Source of the DNA: Shigella phage ESh17
Length of the DNA: 64,000 bases
Sequence record: ON528727
Strand: one strand, 5' to 3'
The translations under genes and the position numbers were made by a program. Numbering within the stretch: position 1 is the first letter of the stretch; each line of letters starts with the position of its first letter. The notes beneath the pieces were generated by a model that worked only from the letters and a program-made list of their open reading frames with translations, was not told the origin of the DNA and searched no databases. Below, in pieces: positions 9,866-19,230 of this stretch.

Positions 9866-10293
9866 TGGCTATTAGATTTGAAGTTAATAAATGGTATCAA
9901 TTTAAAAATAAACAAGCTCAAGAAAATTTTATTAAAGACCATACTGATAACGGAATCTATGCGCGTCGTTTAGGTATGCATCCTTTTAAAATTTTAGATG
10001 CTGACCATCTTGGTCGTCCTACTAAAATTATGTCATTTACTGGTGCAATTGGATATGCAAAACATGGTGATATCCTTGATGAAAACTTTATCTGGCTTTC
10101 TACTAACGAAGCTGAGTTCTTTGATGAAGTGGAAAATCCATATCAGGCTGCTGAAGAACAAGAGCAGGAAGAGCAGGAAGAGCAAGAACAAATAGAAGAT
10201 TTCACAGAATTCCCAGTCATGAAAGTTACTATTGAAAATAATGAACAGGCGTGGTCTTTGTATCAGATGTTGAAAGCTCACTTTAAGGAATAA
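9865..10293 (+). CDS. GoF-like acidic protein (142 aa)
   Basis: Size and position as T4 goF; [13 protein letters not shown] low-complexity tract. Confidence 0.4.
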   Translation: MAIRFEVNKWYQFKNKQAQENFIKDHTDNGIYARRLGMHPFKILDADHLGRPTKIMSFTGAIGYAKHGDILDENFIWLSTNEAEFFDEVENPYQAAEEQEQEEQEEQEQIEDFTEFPVMKVTIENNEQAWSLYQMLKAHFKE

Positions 10294-10295
10294 TT

Positions 10296-10472
10296 ATGCC
10301 GCTTTATGATTATAAATGTCAATCTAAAGACTGTGCAAAAGAATACGAAAAAATCAAGAAAATTTCTGAAAGGGATACTGATGTATGTCCTGATTGTCAT
10401 CGGATTGCTATTCGGTTAGTTTCCGCTCCTAAGCATGTGAATGGTGGTTTTTACGACTTACTTAAAGGGTAA
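10296..10472 (+). CDS. zinc-ribbon protein (58 aa)
   Basis: CxxC...CxxC pattern (YKCQSKDC ... CPDCH), FmdB-like. Confidence 0.5.
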   Translation: MPLYDYKCQSKDCAKEYEKIKKISERDTDVCPDCHRIAIRLVSAPKHVNGGFYDLLKG

Positions 10473-10474
10473 TT

Positions 10475-10846
10475 ATGTTTAAAATTGGTAAGAAATATCG
10501 CATTCGCGAAGGTGAAGAAAAGAAATATCTATTTTCTGCTATTTATAGGAATGGTTCTATTAATGCCGTAATATCTACAAGCGAATTTATCGTTGAAGAT
10601 ATGAAAGGTAATAACGTTACAATGATTAGTACAGCATCTGGAAATGATGGAAAAATTCTTCACAGTTTTCAGAGTAATGTTCTAATATATGATGAAGAAT
10701 TTGACTTCTTCGAAGAAGTTCCCGAAGATTTTGATTTTGAATGCACTATCACTATGAAATCTGGTGACCCTCTTTCATTTACGGTTAAAGATGAAAGAAG
10801 TCGCTTGAGAATTATTAGTCTTCTTCAAGCCATTAAATTTGAGTGA
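10475..10846 (+). CDS. hypothetical protein (123 aa)
   Basis: ORF track. Confidence 0.45.
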   Translation: MFKIGKKYRIREGEEKKYLFSAIYRNGSINAVISTSEFIVEDMKGNNVTMISTASGNDGKILHSFQSNVLIYDEEFDFFEEVPEDFDFECTITMKSGDPLSFTVKDERSRLRIISLLQAIKFE

Positions 10847-10850
10847 AATT

Positions 10851-11111
10851 ATGAAATATATTAATCGTTCTATCGCAGCATTAGTATTAGCAGTGTCTTT
10901 AGCAGGATGTACTGATGCTGATAATGCAACCAAAGTTTTGTCTTCAAGTGGTTTTACTAATATTGAAATCACTGGATATAACTGGTTCGGTTGCTCTGAA
11001 AATGATTTCCAACATACTGGATTTCGTGCTATTGGACCTACCGGGCAGAAAGTAGAAGGAACCGTATGTTCTGGTCTATTCTTCAAGGATTCGACTATCC
11101 GTTTTAAATAA
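10851..11111 (+). CDS. putative lipoprotein (86 aa)
   Basis: Signal peptide with lipobox LAGC. Confidence 0.5.
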   Translation: MKYINRSIAALVLAVSLAGCTDADNATKVLSSSGFTNIEITGYNWFGCSENDFQHTGFRAIGPTGQKVEGTVCSGLFFKDSTIRFK

Positions 11112-11128
11112 AAGGCCTTCGGGCCTTT
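11112..11128 (+). terminator. hairpin terminator (weak T-tract)
   Basis: ggccttcgggcc + ttt. Confidence 0.45.
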
Positions 11129-11180
11129 AGCTTTATGATTACCGGAGTATAATATTCCCGAAACCAAACGAGGATAAGTG

Positions 11181-12998
11181 ATGATTAAGAATGAAATTAA
11201 AATTCTGAGCGATATTGAACATATCAAAAAGCGTAGCGGCATGTACATTGGTTCTTCTGCTAATGAAATGCATGAGCGCTTTCTGTTTGGTAAATGGGAA
11301 AGTGTTCAGTATGTACCTGGTCTTGTTAAGCTTATTGATGAAATTATCGATAACTCAGTAGATGAAGGTATTCGTACTAAGTTTAAATTCGCGAATAAAA
11401 TTAATGTTACTATCAAAAACAATCAAGTAACTGTTGAAGATAACGGTCGTGGTATTCCACAAGCGATGGTTAAAACACCTACTGGTGAAGAAATTCCTGG
11501 TCCTGTTGCCGCCTGGACTATTCCAAAAGCAGGTGGTAATTTCGGTGATGATAAAGAACGCGTCACTGGCGGTATGAACGGTGTTGGTTCTAGTTTAACT
11601 AACATTTTTTCTGTGATGTTTGTCGGTGAAACTGGCGACGGTCAAAATAATATTGTAGTTCGTTGTTCAAATGGCATGGAAAATAAATCATGGGAAACTA
11701 TTCCTGGAAAATGGAAAGGAACTCGTGTTACTTTCATTCCTGATTTTATGTCATTTGAAACTAATGAGCTATCTCAAGTTTATCTTGACATTACATTGGA
11801 TCGTCTCCAGACACTTGCAGTAGTTTATCCTGATATTCAATTTACATTTAATGGTAAAAAGGTTCAAGGTAATTTTAAGAAATATGCACGCCAATATGAT
11901 GAGCATGCTATCGTTCAAGAACAAGAAAATTGTTCTATTGCGGTTGGTCGTTCACCGGATGGTTTTCGTCAATTAACATACGTCAATAACATTCATACTA
12001 AGAATGGTGGCCATCATATTGACTGTGTTATGGATGATATTTGTGAAGACCTTATTCCACAAATCAAACGCAAGTTCAAAATTGATGTAACTAAAGCACG
12101 TGTTAAAGAATGTTTGACTATCGTCATGTTTGTTCGTGATATGAAAAACATGCGATTTGATTCTCAGACTAAAGAGCGTTTGACTTCTCCATTTGGTGAA
12201 ATTCGTAGTCATATTCAGCTTGATGCTAAAAAGATTTCACGCGCTATTTTAAACAATGAAGCAATTTTAATGCCAATTATTGAAGCTGCTTTGGCTCGTA
12301 AATTGGCGGCAGAAAAAGCAGCAGAAACTAAAGCAGCTAAAAAGGCCTCTAAAGCTAAGGTTCATAAACATATTAAAGCGAATCTTTGTGGTAAAGATGC
12401 TGATACTACTCTTTTCTTGACTGAAGGTGATTCGGCTATTGGATATCTCATTGATGTTCGTGATAAAGAACTTCATGGTGGTTATCCATTACGTGGTAAA
12501 GTTCTCAACAGTTGGGGTATGTCTTATGCAGATATGCTTAAAAACAAAGAACTATTTGATATTTGCGCAATCACTGGATTAGTTCTCGGTGAAAAAGCTG
12601 AAAACTTGAATTATCATAATATCGCTATTATGACTGATGCTGACCATGATGGTCTAGGAAGCATTTATCCTTCTCTGCTCGGATTTTTTAGTAATTGGCC
12701 AGAATTGTTTGAGCAAGGAAGAATTCGCTTTGTCAAAACTCCTGTAATCATCGCTCAGGTCGGTAAAAAACAAGAATGGTTTTATACAGTCGCTGAATAT
12801 GAGAGTGCTAAAGATGCTCTACCTAAACATAGCATCCGTTATATTAAGGGACTTGGCTCTTTGGAAAAATCTGAATATCGTGAGATGATTCAAAACCCAG
12901 TATATGATGTTGTTAAACTTCCTGAGAACTGGAAAGAGCTTTTTGAAATGCTCATGGGAGATAATGCTGATCTTCGTAAAGAATGGATGAGCCAGTAG
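11181..12998 (+). CDS. 39: DNA topoisomerase II large subunit, uninterrupted gp39+gp60 fusion
   Basis: 605 aa from ATG 11181; GHKL ATPase N-terminus and gp60-type C-terminus ...AIMTDADHDGLGSIYPSLLG...REWMSQ in one ORF. Confidence 0.95.
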   Translation: MIKNEIKILSDIEHIKKRSGMYIGSSANEMHERFLFGKWESVQYVPGLVKLIDEIIDNSVDEGIRTKFKFANKINVTIKNNQVTVEDNGRGIPQAMVKTPTGEEIPGPVAAWTIPKAGGNFGDDKERVTGGMNGVGSSLTNIFSVMFVGETGDGQNNIVVRCSNGMENKSWETIPGKWKGTRVTFIPDFMSFETNELSQVYLDITLDRLQTLAVVYPDIQFTFNGKKVQGNFKKYARQYDEHAIVQEQENCSIAVGRSPDGFRQLTYVNNIHTKNGGHHIDCVMDDICEDLIPQIKRKFKIDVTKARVKECLTIVMFVRDMKNMRFDSQTKERLTSPFGEIRSHIQLDAKKISRAILNNEAILMPIIEAALARKLAAEKAAETKAAKKASKAKVHKHIKANLCGKDADTTLFLTEGDSAIGYLIDVRDKELHGGYPLRGKVLNSWGMSYADMLKNKELFDICAITGLVLGEKAENLNYHNIAIMTDADHDGLGSIYPSLLGFFSNWPELFEQGRIRFVKTPVIIAQVGKKQEWFYTVAEYESAKDALPKHSIRYIKGLGSLEKSEYREMIQNPVYDVVKLPENWKELFEMLMGDNADLRKEWMSQ

Positions 12999-13027
12999 TT
13001 TACTTTACCACAAGGATGTGGTATAAT
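12998..13027 (+). promoter_or_regulatory. T4 early-type promoter
   Basis: gtttac 12998-13003, tataat 13022-13027. Confidence 0.55.
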
Positions 13028-13052
13028 TAATTGGGCAAATGAGGATATTGAA

Positions 13053-13256
13053 ATGAAATCATATAAAGTAAATTTAGAACTTTTTGATAAAGCAGTTCAT
13101 CGAGAATATAGAATCATTCAACGCTTTTTCGATATGGGAGAAGCCGAAGAATTTAAAAACCGCTTTAAAGATATTAGAGATAAAATTCAATCCGACAGTG
13201 CAACTAAAGATGAACTATTAGAAGTTGCTGAAGTTATTAAGCGTAATATGAATTAA
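13053..13256 (+). CDS. hypothetical protein (rIIA.1 position)
   Basis: ORF track. Confidence 0.5.
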   Translation: MKSYKVNLELFDKAVHREYRIIQRFFDMGEAEEFKNRFKDIRDKIQSDSATKDELLEVAEVIKRNMN

Positions 13257-13266
13257 TGAGGAAATT

Positions 13267-15444
13267 ATGATTATCACCACTGAAAAAGAAACAATTCTTG
13301 GTAATGGTTCTAAATCAAAAGCATTTAGCATCACAGCATCTCCTAAAGTATTTAAAATTCTGTCATCTGATTTGTATACAAACAAGATTCGCGCAGTAGT
13401 CCGTGAATTGATTACCAACATGATTGATGCCCATGCTCTCAATGGAAATCCTGAAAAATTTATCATTCAAGTTCCAGGACGATTAGATCCGCGATTTGTT
13501 TGCCGAGATTTTGGTCCGGGTATGAGCGATTTTGATATTCAAGGTGATGATAATTCTCCTGGGTTGTATAATTCATACTTTAGTTCATCTAAGGCTGAAT
13601 CTAACGATTTCATTGGCGGATTTGGTTTAGGTTCTAAATCTCCGTTTAGCTATACTGATACGTTTAGTATTACTTCATATCATAAAGGCGAAATTCGTGG
13701 TTATGTAGCTTACATGGATGGTGATGGTCCGCAAATTAAACCTACATTCGTAAAAGAAATGGGTCCAGACGATAAAACTGGTATTGAAATTGTAGTTCCA
13801 GTTGAAGAAAAAGACTTTAGAAACTTTGCTTATGAAGTTTCTTATATCATGCGACCATTCAAAGATTTGGCTATCATTAATGGTCTTGACCGCGAAATTG
13901 ATTATTTTCCGGATTTTGATGACTATTACGGCGTAAATCCAGAAAGATATTGGCCAGATCGTGGTGGATTGTATGCTATCTATGGTGGTATTGTTTATCC
14001 TATTGATGGTGTTATTAGAGACCGTAACTGGTTAAGCATCCGCAATGAAGTGAATTACATTAAGTTTCCAATGGGTTCACTTGATATTGCTCCATCACGC
14101 GAAGCTCTTTCACTAGATGATCGTACCCGTAAAAATATTATTGAGCGTGTTAAAGAGCTTAGTGAGAAGGCATTCAATGAAGATGTAAAACGATTTAAAG
14201 AATCTACATCTCCTCGTCATACATACCGCGAATTGATGAAGATGGGATATTCTGCTCGAGATTATATGATTAGTAATTCAGTCAAATTTACGACTAAAAA
14301 TCTGTCATATAAGAAGATGCAAAGCATGTTTGAACCTGATAGTAAACTATGTAATGCAGGAGTTGTGTATGAAGTAAATCTTGACCCTCGACTGAAGCGC
14401 ATTAAGCAAAGTCATGAAACTTCAGCCATTGCATCAAGTTATCGTCTGTTCGGTATTAATACAACAAAAATTAATATCGTTATTGATAATATTAAAAATC
14501 GTGTTAATATTGTCCGTGGATTAGCGCATGCGTTAGATGATAAAGAATTTAATAACACTTTAAATATTCATCACAACGAGCGTCTTCTGTTTATTAATCC
14601 GGAAGTAGAATCGCAGATTGATTTACTCCCTGATATTATGGCAATGTTTGAAAGTGATGAAGTTAACATTCATTATTTGTCAGAAATTGAAGCTTTAGTT
14701 AAAAGTTATATTCCGAAGGCAGTTAAAAGTAAAGCTCCTCGTCCTAAAGCTGCTACTGCATTTAAGTTTGAAATTAAAGACGGGCGCTGGGAAAAAGAGG
14801 AATTATTTACGCTCACATCAGAAGCAGATGAAATTACTGGGTATGTAGCGTATATGCATCGTTCTGATATTTTCTCTATGGATGGTACTACATCTCTTTG
14901 TCATCCATCTATGAATATTTTGATTCGTATGGCTAATCTTATTGGCATTAATGAATTTTATGTTATTCGTCCGCTTTTGCAGAAAAAGGTAAAAGAGCTC
15001 GGTCAGTGCCAATGTATTTTTGAAGCTTTGCGTGATTTATATGTAGATGCTTTTGATGATGTAGATTATGATAAGTATGTAGGTTATTCAAGTTCAGCTC
15101 AACGATATATTGATAAAATTATCAAGCATCCTGAACTAGATTTTATGATGAAGTACTTCAGTACAGATGAAGTTTCTGAAGAATATACACGACTCGCTAA
15201 TATAGTTAGTTCATTGCGCGGTGTATATTTTAATGGTGGAAAAGATACCATCGGTCATGACATCTGGACGGTAACTAATCTTTTTGATGAATTATCACGT
15301 AATGCTTCAAAAAATAGTGATAAAATGGTTGCTGAGTTTACCAAGAAATTCCGTATTGTTTCCGACTTCATCGGTTATCGCAACTCTTTAAGTGATGATG
15401 AAGTTTCCCAAATCGCTAAAACTATGAAGGCCCTTGCGGCCTAA
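13267..15444 (+). CDS. rIIA: rIIA protein
   Basis: 725 aa; matches remembered T4 rIIA. Confidence 0.95.
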   Translation: MIITTEKETILGNGSKSKAFSITASPKVFKILSSDLYTNKIRAVVRELITNMIDAHALNGNPEKFIIQVPGRLDPRFVCRDFGPGMSDFDIQGDDNSPGLYNSYFSSSKAESNDFIGGFGLGSKSPFSYTDTFSITSYHKGEIRGYVAYMDGDGPQIKPTFVKEMGPDDKTGIEIVVPVEEKDFRNFAYEVSYIMRPFKDLAIINGLDREIDYFPDFDDYYGVNPERYWPDRGGLYAIYGGIVYPIDGVIRDRNWLSIRNEVNYIKFPMGSLDIAPSREALSLDDRTRKNIIERVKELSEKAFNEDVKRFKESTSPRHTYRELMKMGYSARDYMISNSVKFTTKNLSYKKMQSMFEPDSKLCNAGVVYEVNLDPRLKRIKQSHETSAIASSYRLFGINTTKINIVIDNIKNRVNIVRGLAHALDDKEFNNTLNIHHNERLLFINPEVESQIDLLPDIMAMFESDEVNIHYLSEIEALVKSYIPKAVKSKAPRPKAATAFKFEIKDGRWEKEELFTLTSEADEITGYVAYMHRSDIFSMDGTTSLCHPSMNILIRMANLIGINEFYVIRPLLQKKVKELGQCQCIFEALRDLYVDAFDDVDYDKYVGYSSSAQRYIDKIIKHPELDFMMKYFSTDEVSEEYTRLANIVSSLRGVYFNGGKDTIGHDIWTVTNLFDELSRNASKNSDKMVAEFTKKFRIVSDFIGYRNSLSDDEVSQIAKTMKALAA

Positions 15445-15455
15445 TAAGGAAAATT

Positions 15456-16394
15456 ATGTACAATATTAAATGCCTGACCAAAAACGAACAAGCTGAAATT
15501 GTTAAACTGTATTCAAGTGGTAATTATACCCAACAGGAATTAGCTTATTGGAAGGATGTATCGGTTGACACAATCCGTCGTGTTTTGAAAAATGCTGAAG
15601 AAGCTAAACGCTCTAAAGTTACTATTAGCGGTGATATTACAGTTAAAGTTAATAGCGATGCAGTTATTGCTCCAGTTGCTAAATCTGACATTATTTGGAA
15701 TGCATCTAAAAAATTCATTTCAATTACTGTTGACGGTGTAACTTATAACGCAACTCCTAATACTCATTCAAACTTCCAGGAAATTCTTAATCTGCTTGTA
15801 GCGGATAGGCTGGAAGAAGCTGCACAAAAAATTAATGTTCGCCGTGCTGTTGAAAAATATATTTCCGGCGATGTTCGAATTGAAGGTGGAAGCTTGTTCT
15901 ATCAAAATATCGAATTGCGGTCTGGTTTGGTTGATCGTATTCTTGACTCGATGGAAAAAGGCGAAAACTTTGAATTTTATTTCCCGTTCTTGGAAAATCT
16001 GCTGGAAAACCCAAGCCAAAAAGCGGTATCTCGACTCTTTGATTTCTTGGTAGCAAACGATATTGAAATTACAGAAGATGGTTACTTCTATGCTTGGAAA
16101 GTAGTTCGCAGCAATTACTTTGACTGTCACTCAAACACCTTTGATAACAGTCCTGGTAAAGTAGTTAAAATGCCACGTACTCGTGTGAATGACGATGATA
16201 CACAAACTTGTTCTCGTGGTCTGCATGTGTGTTCTAAATCTTATATTCGTCACTTTGGTAGTTCAACTAGCCGAGTTGTAAAAGTTAAAGTACATCCACG
16301 TGATGTAGTATCAATTCCGATTGATTACAACGATGCTAAAATGCGTACTTGCCAATACGAAGTAGTTGAAGACGTTACTGAGCAATTTAAATAA
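15456..16394 (+). CDS. rIIB: rIIB protein
   Basis: 312 aa; matches remembered T4 rIIB. Confidence 0.95.
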   Translation: MYNIKCLTKNEQAEIVKLYSSGNYTQQELAYWKDVSVDTIRRVLKNAEEAKRSKVTISGDITVKVNSDAVIAPVAKSDIIWNASKKFISITVDGVTYNATPNTHSNFQEILNLLVADRLEEAAQKINVRRAVEKYISGDVRIEGGSLFYQNIELRSGLVDRILDSMEKGENFEFYFPFLENLLENPSQKAVSRLFDFLVANDIEITEDGYFYAWKVVRSNYFDCHSNTFDNSPGKVVKMPRTRVNDDDTQTCSRGLHVCSKSYIRHFGSSTSRVVKVKVHPRDVVSIPIDYNDAKMRTCQYEVVEDVTEQFK

Positions 16395-16406
16395 GGGCTT
16401 CGGCCC
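16395..16406 (+). other. UUCG-tetraloop hairpin after rIIB (no T-tract)
   Basis: gggcttcggccc. Confidence 0.4.
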
Positions 16407-16423
16407 TTGACTAAAGGAAATTT

Positions 16424-16618
16424 ATGTTAGGTTATCAAGCACGAGTAAAAGAAGAATACGATCAATTAATGCTCAAAATTAATGCACTGAGTAAATTTTT
16501 AGAAAGCGCAAAGTTTCTAACAGTTAGTGCAGTTGAGCAAGAACTGCTACTTTCACAGTTCATCTCAATGAAATCTTATGCTGAATGTCTAGAGAAAAGA
16601 ATTGCACAATTCAAATAA
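16424..16618 (+). CDS. hypothetical protein (64 aa) bracketed by two hairpins
   Basis: ORF track. Confidence 0.45.
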   Translation: MLGYQARVKEEYDQLMLKINALSKFLESAKFLTVSAVEQELLLSQFISMKSYAECLEKRIAQFK

Positions 16619-16623
16619 AATAA

Positions 16624-16645
16624 GGGGCTTCGGCCCTTTTGTTTT
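16624..16645 (+). terminator. intrinsic terminator
   Basis: gggcttcggccc + ttttgtttt. Confidence 0.6.
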
Positions 16646-16656
16646 AAGGAAAAATT

Positions 16657-16986
16657 ATGATTTATTGTATGAATATCGGTGATTCCGACATAAAAGAGAT
16701 TAAACTGCACGGAAACCATCACGCTAATATTGTGTACTGCAATAAATTTGAGTTTGGTCACGAAAAACTTGGGTTTCTTTACTGCAATGATATTATAGTC
16801 ATGGATAAAAAGGAACTCGATGAACTTGATCGTGAGTCTTTAGATGAAAATGACCGAATTTATTACGGCACTCTTAAAGTATATAACGCTTATCTCAGCG
16901 GTAAAAAGGAAAGTCTAAATGCAGAAAACGAATCCGGGTTTACAGAGACTATTTCAGATTCCGACATTTACCCTATCGAACAGTGA
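16657..16986 (+). CDS. hypothetical protein (109 aa)
   Basis: ORF track; 3' end overlaps denB start by 68 nt in another frame. Confidence 0.4.
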   Translation: MIYCMNIGDSDIKEIKLHGNHHANIVYCNKFEFGHEKLGFLYCNDIIVMDKKELDELDRESLDENDRIYYGTLKVYNAYLSGKKESLNAENESGFTETISDSDIYPIEQ

Positions 16987-17476
16987 CTTGACTAGTGAAA
17001 TGAAGGTCAAAATTGCTGATACAGCAAGATACTCTTTAAAACAAAACCCGAACCAGGATAAAGCAGAAGTTATCGAAAGATGTCGTATCGCGGTGTACGC
17101 AGAGTTTTTTGTAGCAGATTGGCTAAGCGGGTATGTTAACAAAGGCCAAGAGGATGTTAATGACCCGTATACATACGCATGGGATGTATTGGCGCATCCA
17201 AGATACTGCGGGCTTCGTGTAGAAGTTAAGACACATCAAACTGACTCACGTTGGATTTCTGTAACAACAGGATGCAGCGGAGAGTATCCATACGGTTCTG
17301 GAATAAATCTAGGGCCTATTCTGAATCATCAGGTCGCTGACTGTATAATTATATTCAACACTAAAGAAATTCATCCAGGTGTCATCCAGTACACTCCGAA
17401 GTTCATCGGTGATAGAGAAGACCTTCGTAAGGTTGTAAGAAAAAGCAACTACAACGGATGGTATCTTTCCATTTAA
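16919..17476 (+). CDS. denB: endonuclease IV (DenB)
   Basis: 185 aa equals T4 DenB length; position downstream of rIIB. Confidence 0.6.
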   Translation: MQKTNPGLQRLFQIPTFTLSNSDLTSEMKVKIADTARYSLKQNPNQDKAEVIERCRIAVYAEFFVADWLSGYVNKGQEDVNDPYTYAWDVLAHPRYCGLRVEVKTHQTDSRWISVTTGCSGEYPYGSGINLGPILNHQVADCIIIFNTKEIHPGVIQYTPKFIGDREDLRKVVRKSNYNGWYLSI

Positions 17477-17494
17477 AAAAATTTTCACAAAACG

Positions 17495-17524
17495 GTTTAC
17501 ATACCACAAGGACTGTGGTACTAT
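17495..17524 (+). promoter_or_regulatory. T4 early-type promoter (repeated cassette)
   Basis: aaaaaaattttcacaaaacGGTTTAC...tggTACTATacaactatc. Confidence 0.6.
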
Positions 17525-17551
17525 ACAACTATCAGCTACGGAGGAGTAAAA

Positions 17552-17815
17552 ATGAAATTTAAATTTTATTACGCTAAACATAAAATAACTGATGAGTTTG
17601 TGTCAGTTGAATATTCTAGCGATGATGAAGGTATGATTTATACTCGCTTGGGATTATCGCATTGGGAGTCTGATACGCCTTATTTTTCAACTCCCGAAGA
17701 AATTACACGCTTAGTTAATGGTCATATGAATGACCACTGGTGTGTAATTCTTTCAGATAGTCTTAAAGCGGCTATTAATAGTAATGAAATGAAAATCGCT
17801 GAGATTGAACTATGA
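17552..17815 (+). CDS. hypothetical protein (87 aa)
   Basis: ORF track. Confidence 0.5.
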   Translation: MKFKFYYAKHKITDEFVSVEYSSDDEGMIYTRLGLSHWESDTPYFSTPEEITRLVNGHMNDHWCVILSDSLKAAINSNEMKIAEIEL

Positions 17816-17901
17816 GTTCATTGTGGTGGTGGTGTTTTGTTTGGTTAATTAGTATTCCAGTAATTTGTTTAACATTTACTTTTGTGATGAGGTTATTATG
17901 A
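17812..17901 (+). CDS. small hydrophobic peptide (29 aa)
   Basis: Manual translation MSSLWWWCFVWLISIPVICLTFTFVMRLL; ATGA coupling. Confidence 0.35.
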   Translation: MSSLWWWCFVWLISIPVICLTFTFVMRLL

Positions 17902-17996
17902 AAATTTTGAATTCTGTACTTATTGCTTGTGCGTGGTGGGTTGCACAGGTTTCGGCAGTGGTGATTGGTATTCACATTTATTACGAATATTTTTAA
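17898..17996 (+). CDS. small transmembrane peptide (32 aa)
   Basis: Manual translation MKILNSVLIACAWWVAQVSAVVIGIHIYYEYF. Confidence 0.35.
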   Translation: MKILNSVLIACAWWVAQVSAVVIGIHIYYEYF

Positions 17997-18003
17997 AAAA
18001 GTT

Positions 18004-18033
18004 GTTTACAAGACTGTTCCTCTGCGGTACTAT
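18004..18033 (+). promoter_or_regulatory. T4 early-type promoter (repeated cassette)
   Basis: gtttac 18004-18009, tactat 18028-18033, leader caactatcaactacggagg. Confidence 0.6.
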
Positions 18034-18061
18034 ACAACTATCAACTACGGAGGAACACAAA

Positions 18062-18175
18062 ATGAAAAAGATTGTTAAAGCTATATGGAATGTAGTTATA
18101 ATACTAGTAGTTTTGAGTATATTCCCAATCGTTTTAATGATTGATGTATTAAACGTTTACTTTGGATTTATGTGA
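18062..18175 (+). CDS. small transmembrane peptide (37 aa)
   Basis: MKKIVKAIWNVVIILVVLSIFPIVLMIDVL...; track ORF 17927 would span the promoter. Confidence 0.4.
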   Translation: MKKIVKAIWNVVIILVVLSIFPIVLMIDVLNVYFGFM

Positions 18176-18182
18176 GGAAAAT

Positions 18183-18380
18183 ATGAAGCGTAAACGCAGT
18201 GCTTTTACATTTATTGAATGGTTTTTCGATAATATTTTTCCGGCTTTATTCATTTTCATGCTGATTTTTGCCTTAGGTTCAGTTGTAGTTGGAATCTATT
18301 TGATGGCGGTAGTCGGAATGGATATTCATCAAAATGGTTTAAAATCCGTAGTTGAAACAATTTGGAATGGTGTAAAATGA
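18183..18380 (+). CDS. small transmembrane protein (65 aa)
   Basis: ORF track trimmed to ATG after SD gaggaaaat. Confidence 0.45.
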   Translation: MKRKRSAFTFIEWFFDNIFPALFIFMLIFALGSVVVGIYLMAVVGMDIHQNGLKSVVETIWNGVK

Positions 18381-18487
18381 TGAATTTATTAAACATTTGG
18401 TTTTATATTCTTATGTTTTACATTGGTGCAAATTTCCCATATTGGATGGGATGGTCAACAACTGCGTTTGGATTTTATACTCCTTGA
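18377..18487 (+). CDS. small hydrophobic peptide (36 aa)
   Basis: Manual translation MMNLLNIWFYILMFYIGANFPYWMGW... Confidence 0.35.
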   Translation: MMNLLNIWFYILMFYIGANFPYWMGWSTTAFGFYTP

Positions 18488-18495
18488 GGTGAATT

Positions 18496-18711
18496 ATGAA
18501 AAGTTTTAAAGATGTAAAAGTTGGTGAAATTTTCTGTTTAGATAACGGTGATCAGTTAATTCGTATTTCACCTCTTAAGAGCACTAGCGAGAAACCGACA
18601 GTTAATGCTACTTTAGCAAATAACAGTAATGAACGTTTCTGTATTGAAAATGATACTGAAACTTATACTGTAGAAGAATTCTGGGAATTGAGCGTCGACT
18701 GCGACGATTAA
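18496..18711 (+). CDS. hypothetical protein (71 aa)
   Basis: ORF track. Confidence 0.5.
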   Translation: MKSFKDVKVGEIFCLDNGDQLIRISPLKSTSEKPTVNATLANNSNERFCIENDTETYTVEEFWELSVDCDD

Positions 18712-18771
18712 TTTAATGGCCGTATGTATTCATGCGGCCTTGGAGTAGAAAATAATTTAGAGGAAATTAAT

Positions 18772-19230
18772 ATGAAATATATGACTGTTACTGATCTGAA
18801 TAATGCAGGCGCTACTGTTATTGGTACAATCAAGGGCGGTGAGTGGTTTTTGGGAACTCCACATAAAGACATTTTATCTAAACCTGGATTTTACTTTTTA
18901 GTGAGTAAATTAGATGGTCGTCCATTTAGTAATCCATGCGTGTCCGCACGATTTTATGTAGGTAATCAGCGTTCTAAGCAAGGATTCAGTGCGGTTCTAA
19001 GTCATATTCGTCAGCGTCGGTCTCAGCTTGCGCGTACTATTGCAAATAACAATGTTCCATACACAGTATTTTATCTGCCTGCTTCTAAGATGAAACCTCT
19101 GACGACAGGATTTGGTAAAGGTCAGTTAGCTTTGGCATTTACTCGTAATCATCATTCTGAGTATCAAACACTTGAAGAAATGAACCGTATGTTGGCTGAT
19201 AACTTTAAATTTGTTTTGCAGGCATATTAA
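18772..19230 (+). CDS. ndd: nucleoid disruption protein Ndd
   Basis: 151 aa from MKYMTVTDL; size and position as T4 Ndd. Confidence 0.8.

Noticed and set aside
10775-11248. 157-aa minus-strand ORF spanning the lipoprotein gene and gene 39 start
   Set aside because: Crosses a terminator/promoter region and overlaps well-supported plus-strand genes.
16919-17476. denB as a frameshifted pseudogene
   Set aside because: The 185-aa ORF equals the expected DenB length, so the overlap with the upstream ORF is more likely genuine.
17927-18175. 82-aa ORF from the six-frame track
   Set aside because: Would span the early promoter at 18004-18033; the downstream ATG 18062 with SD ggagga gives a 37-aa TM peptide instead.
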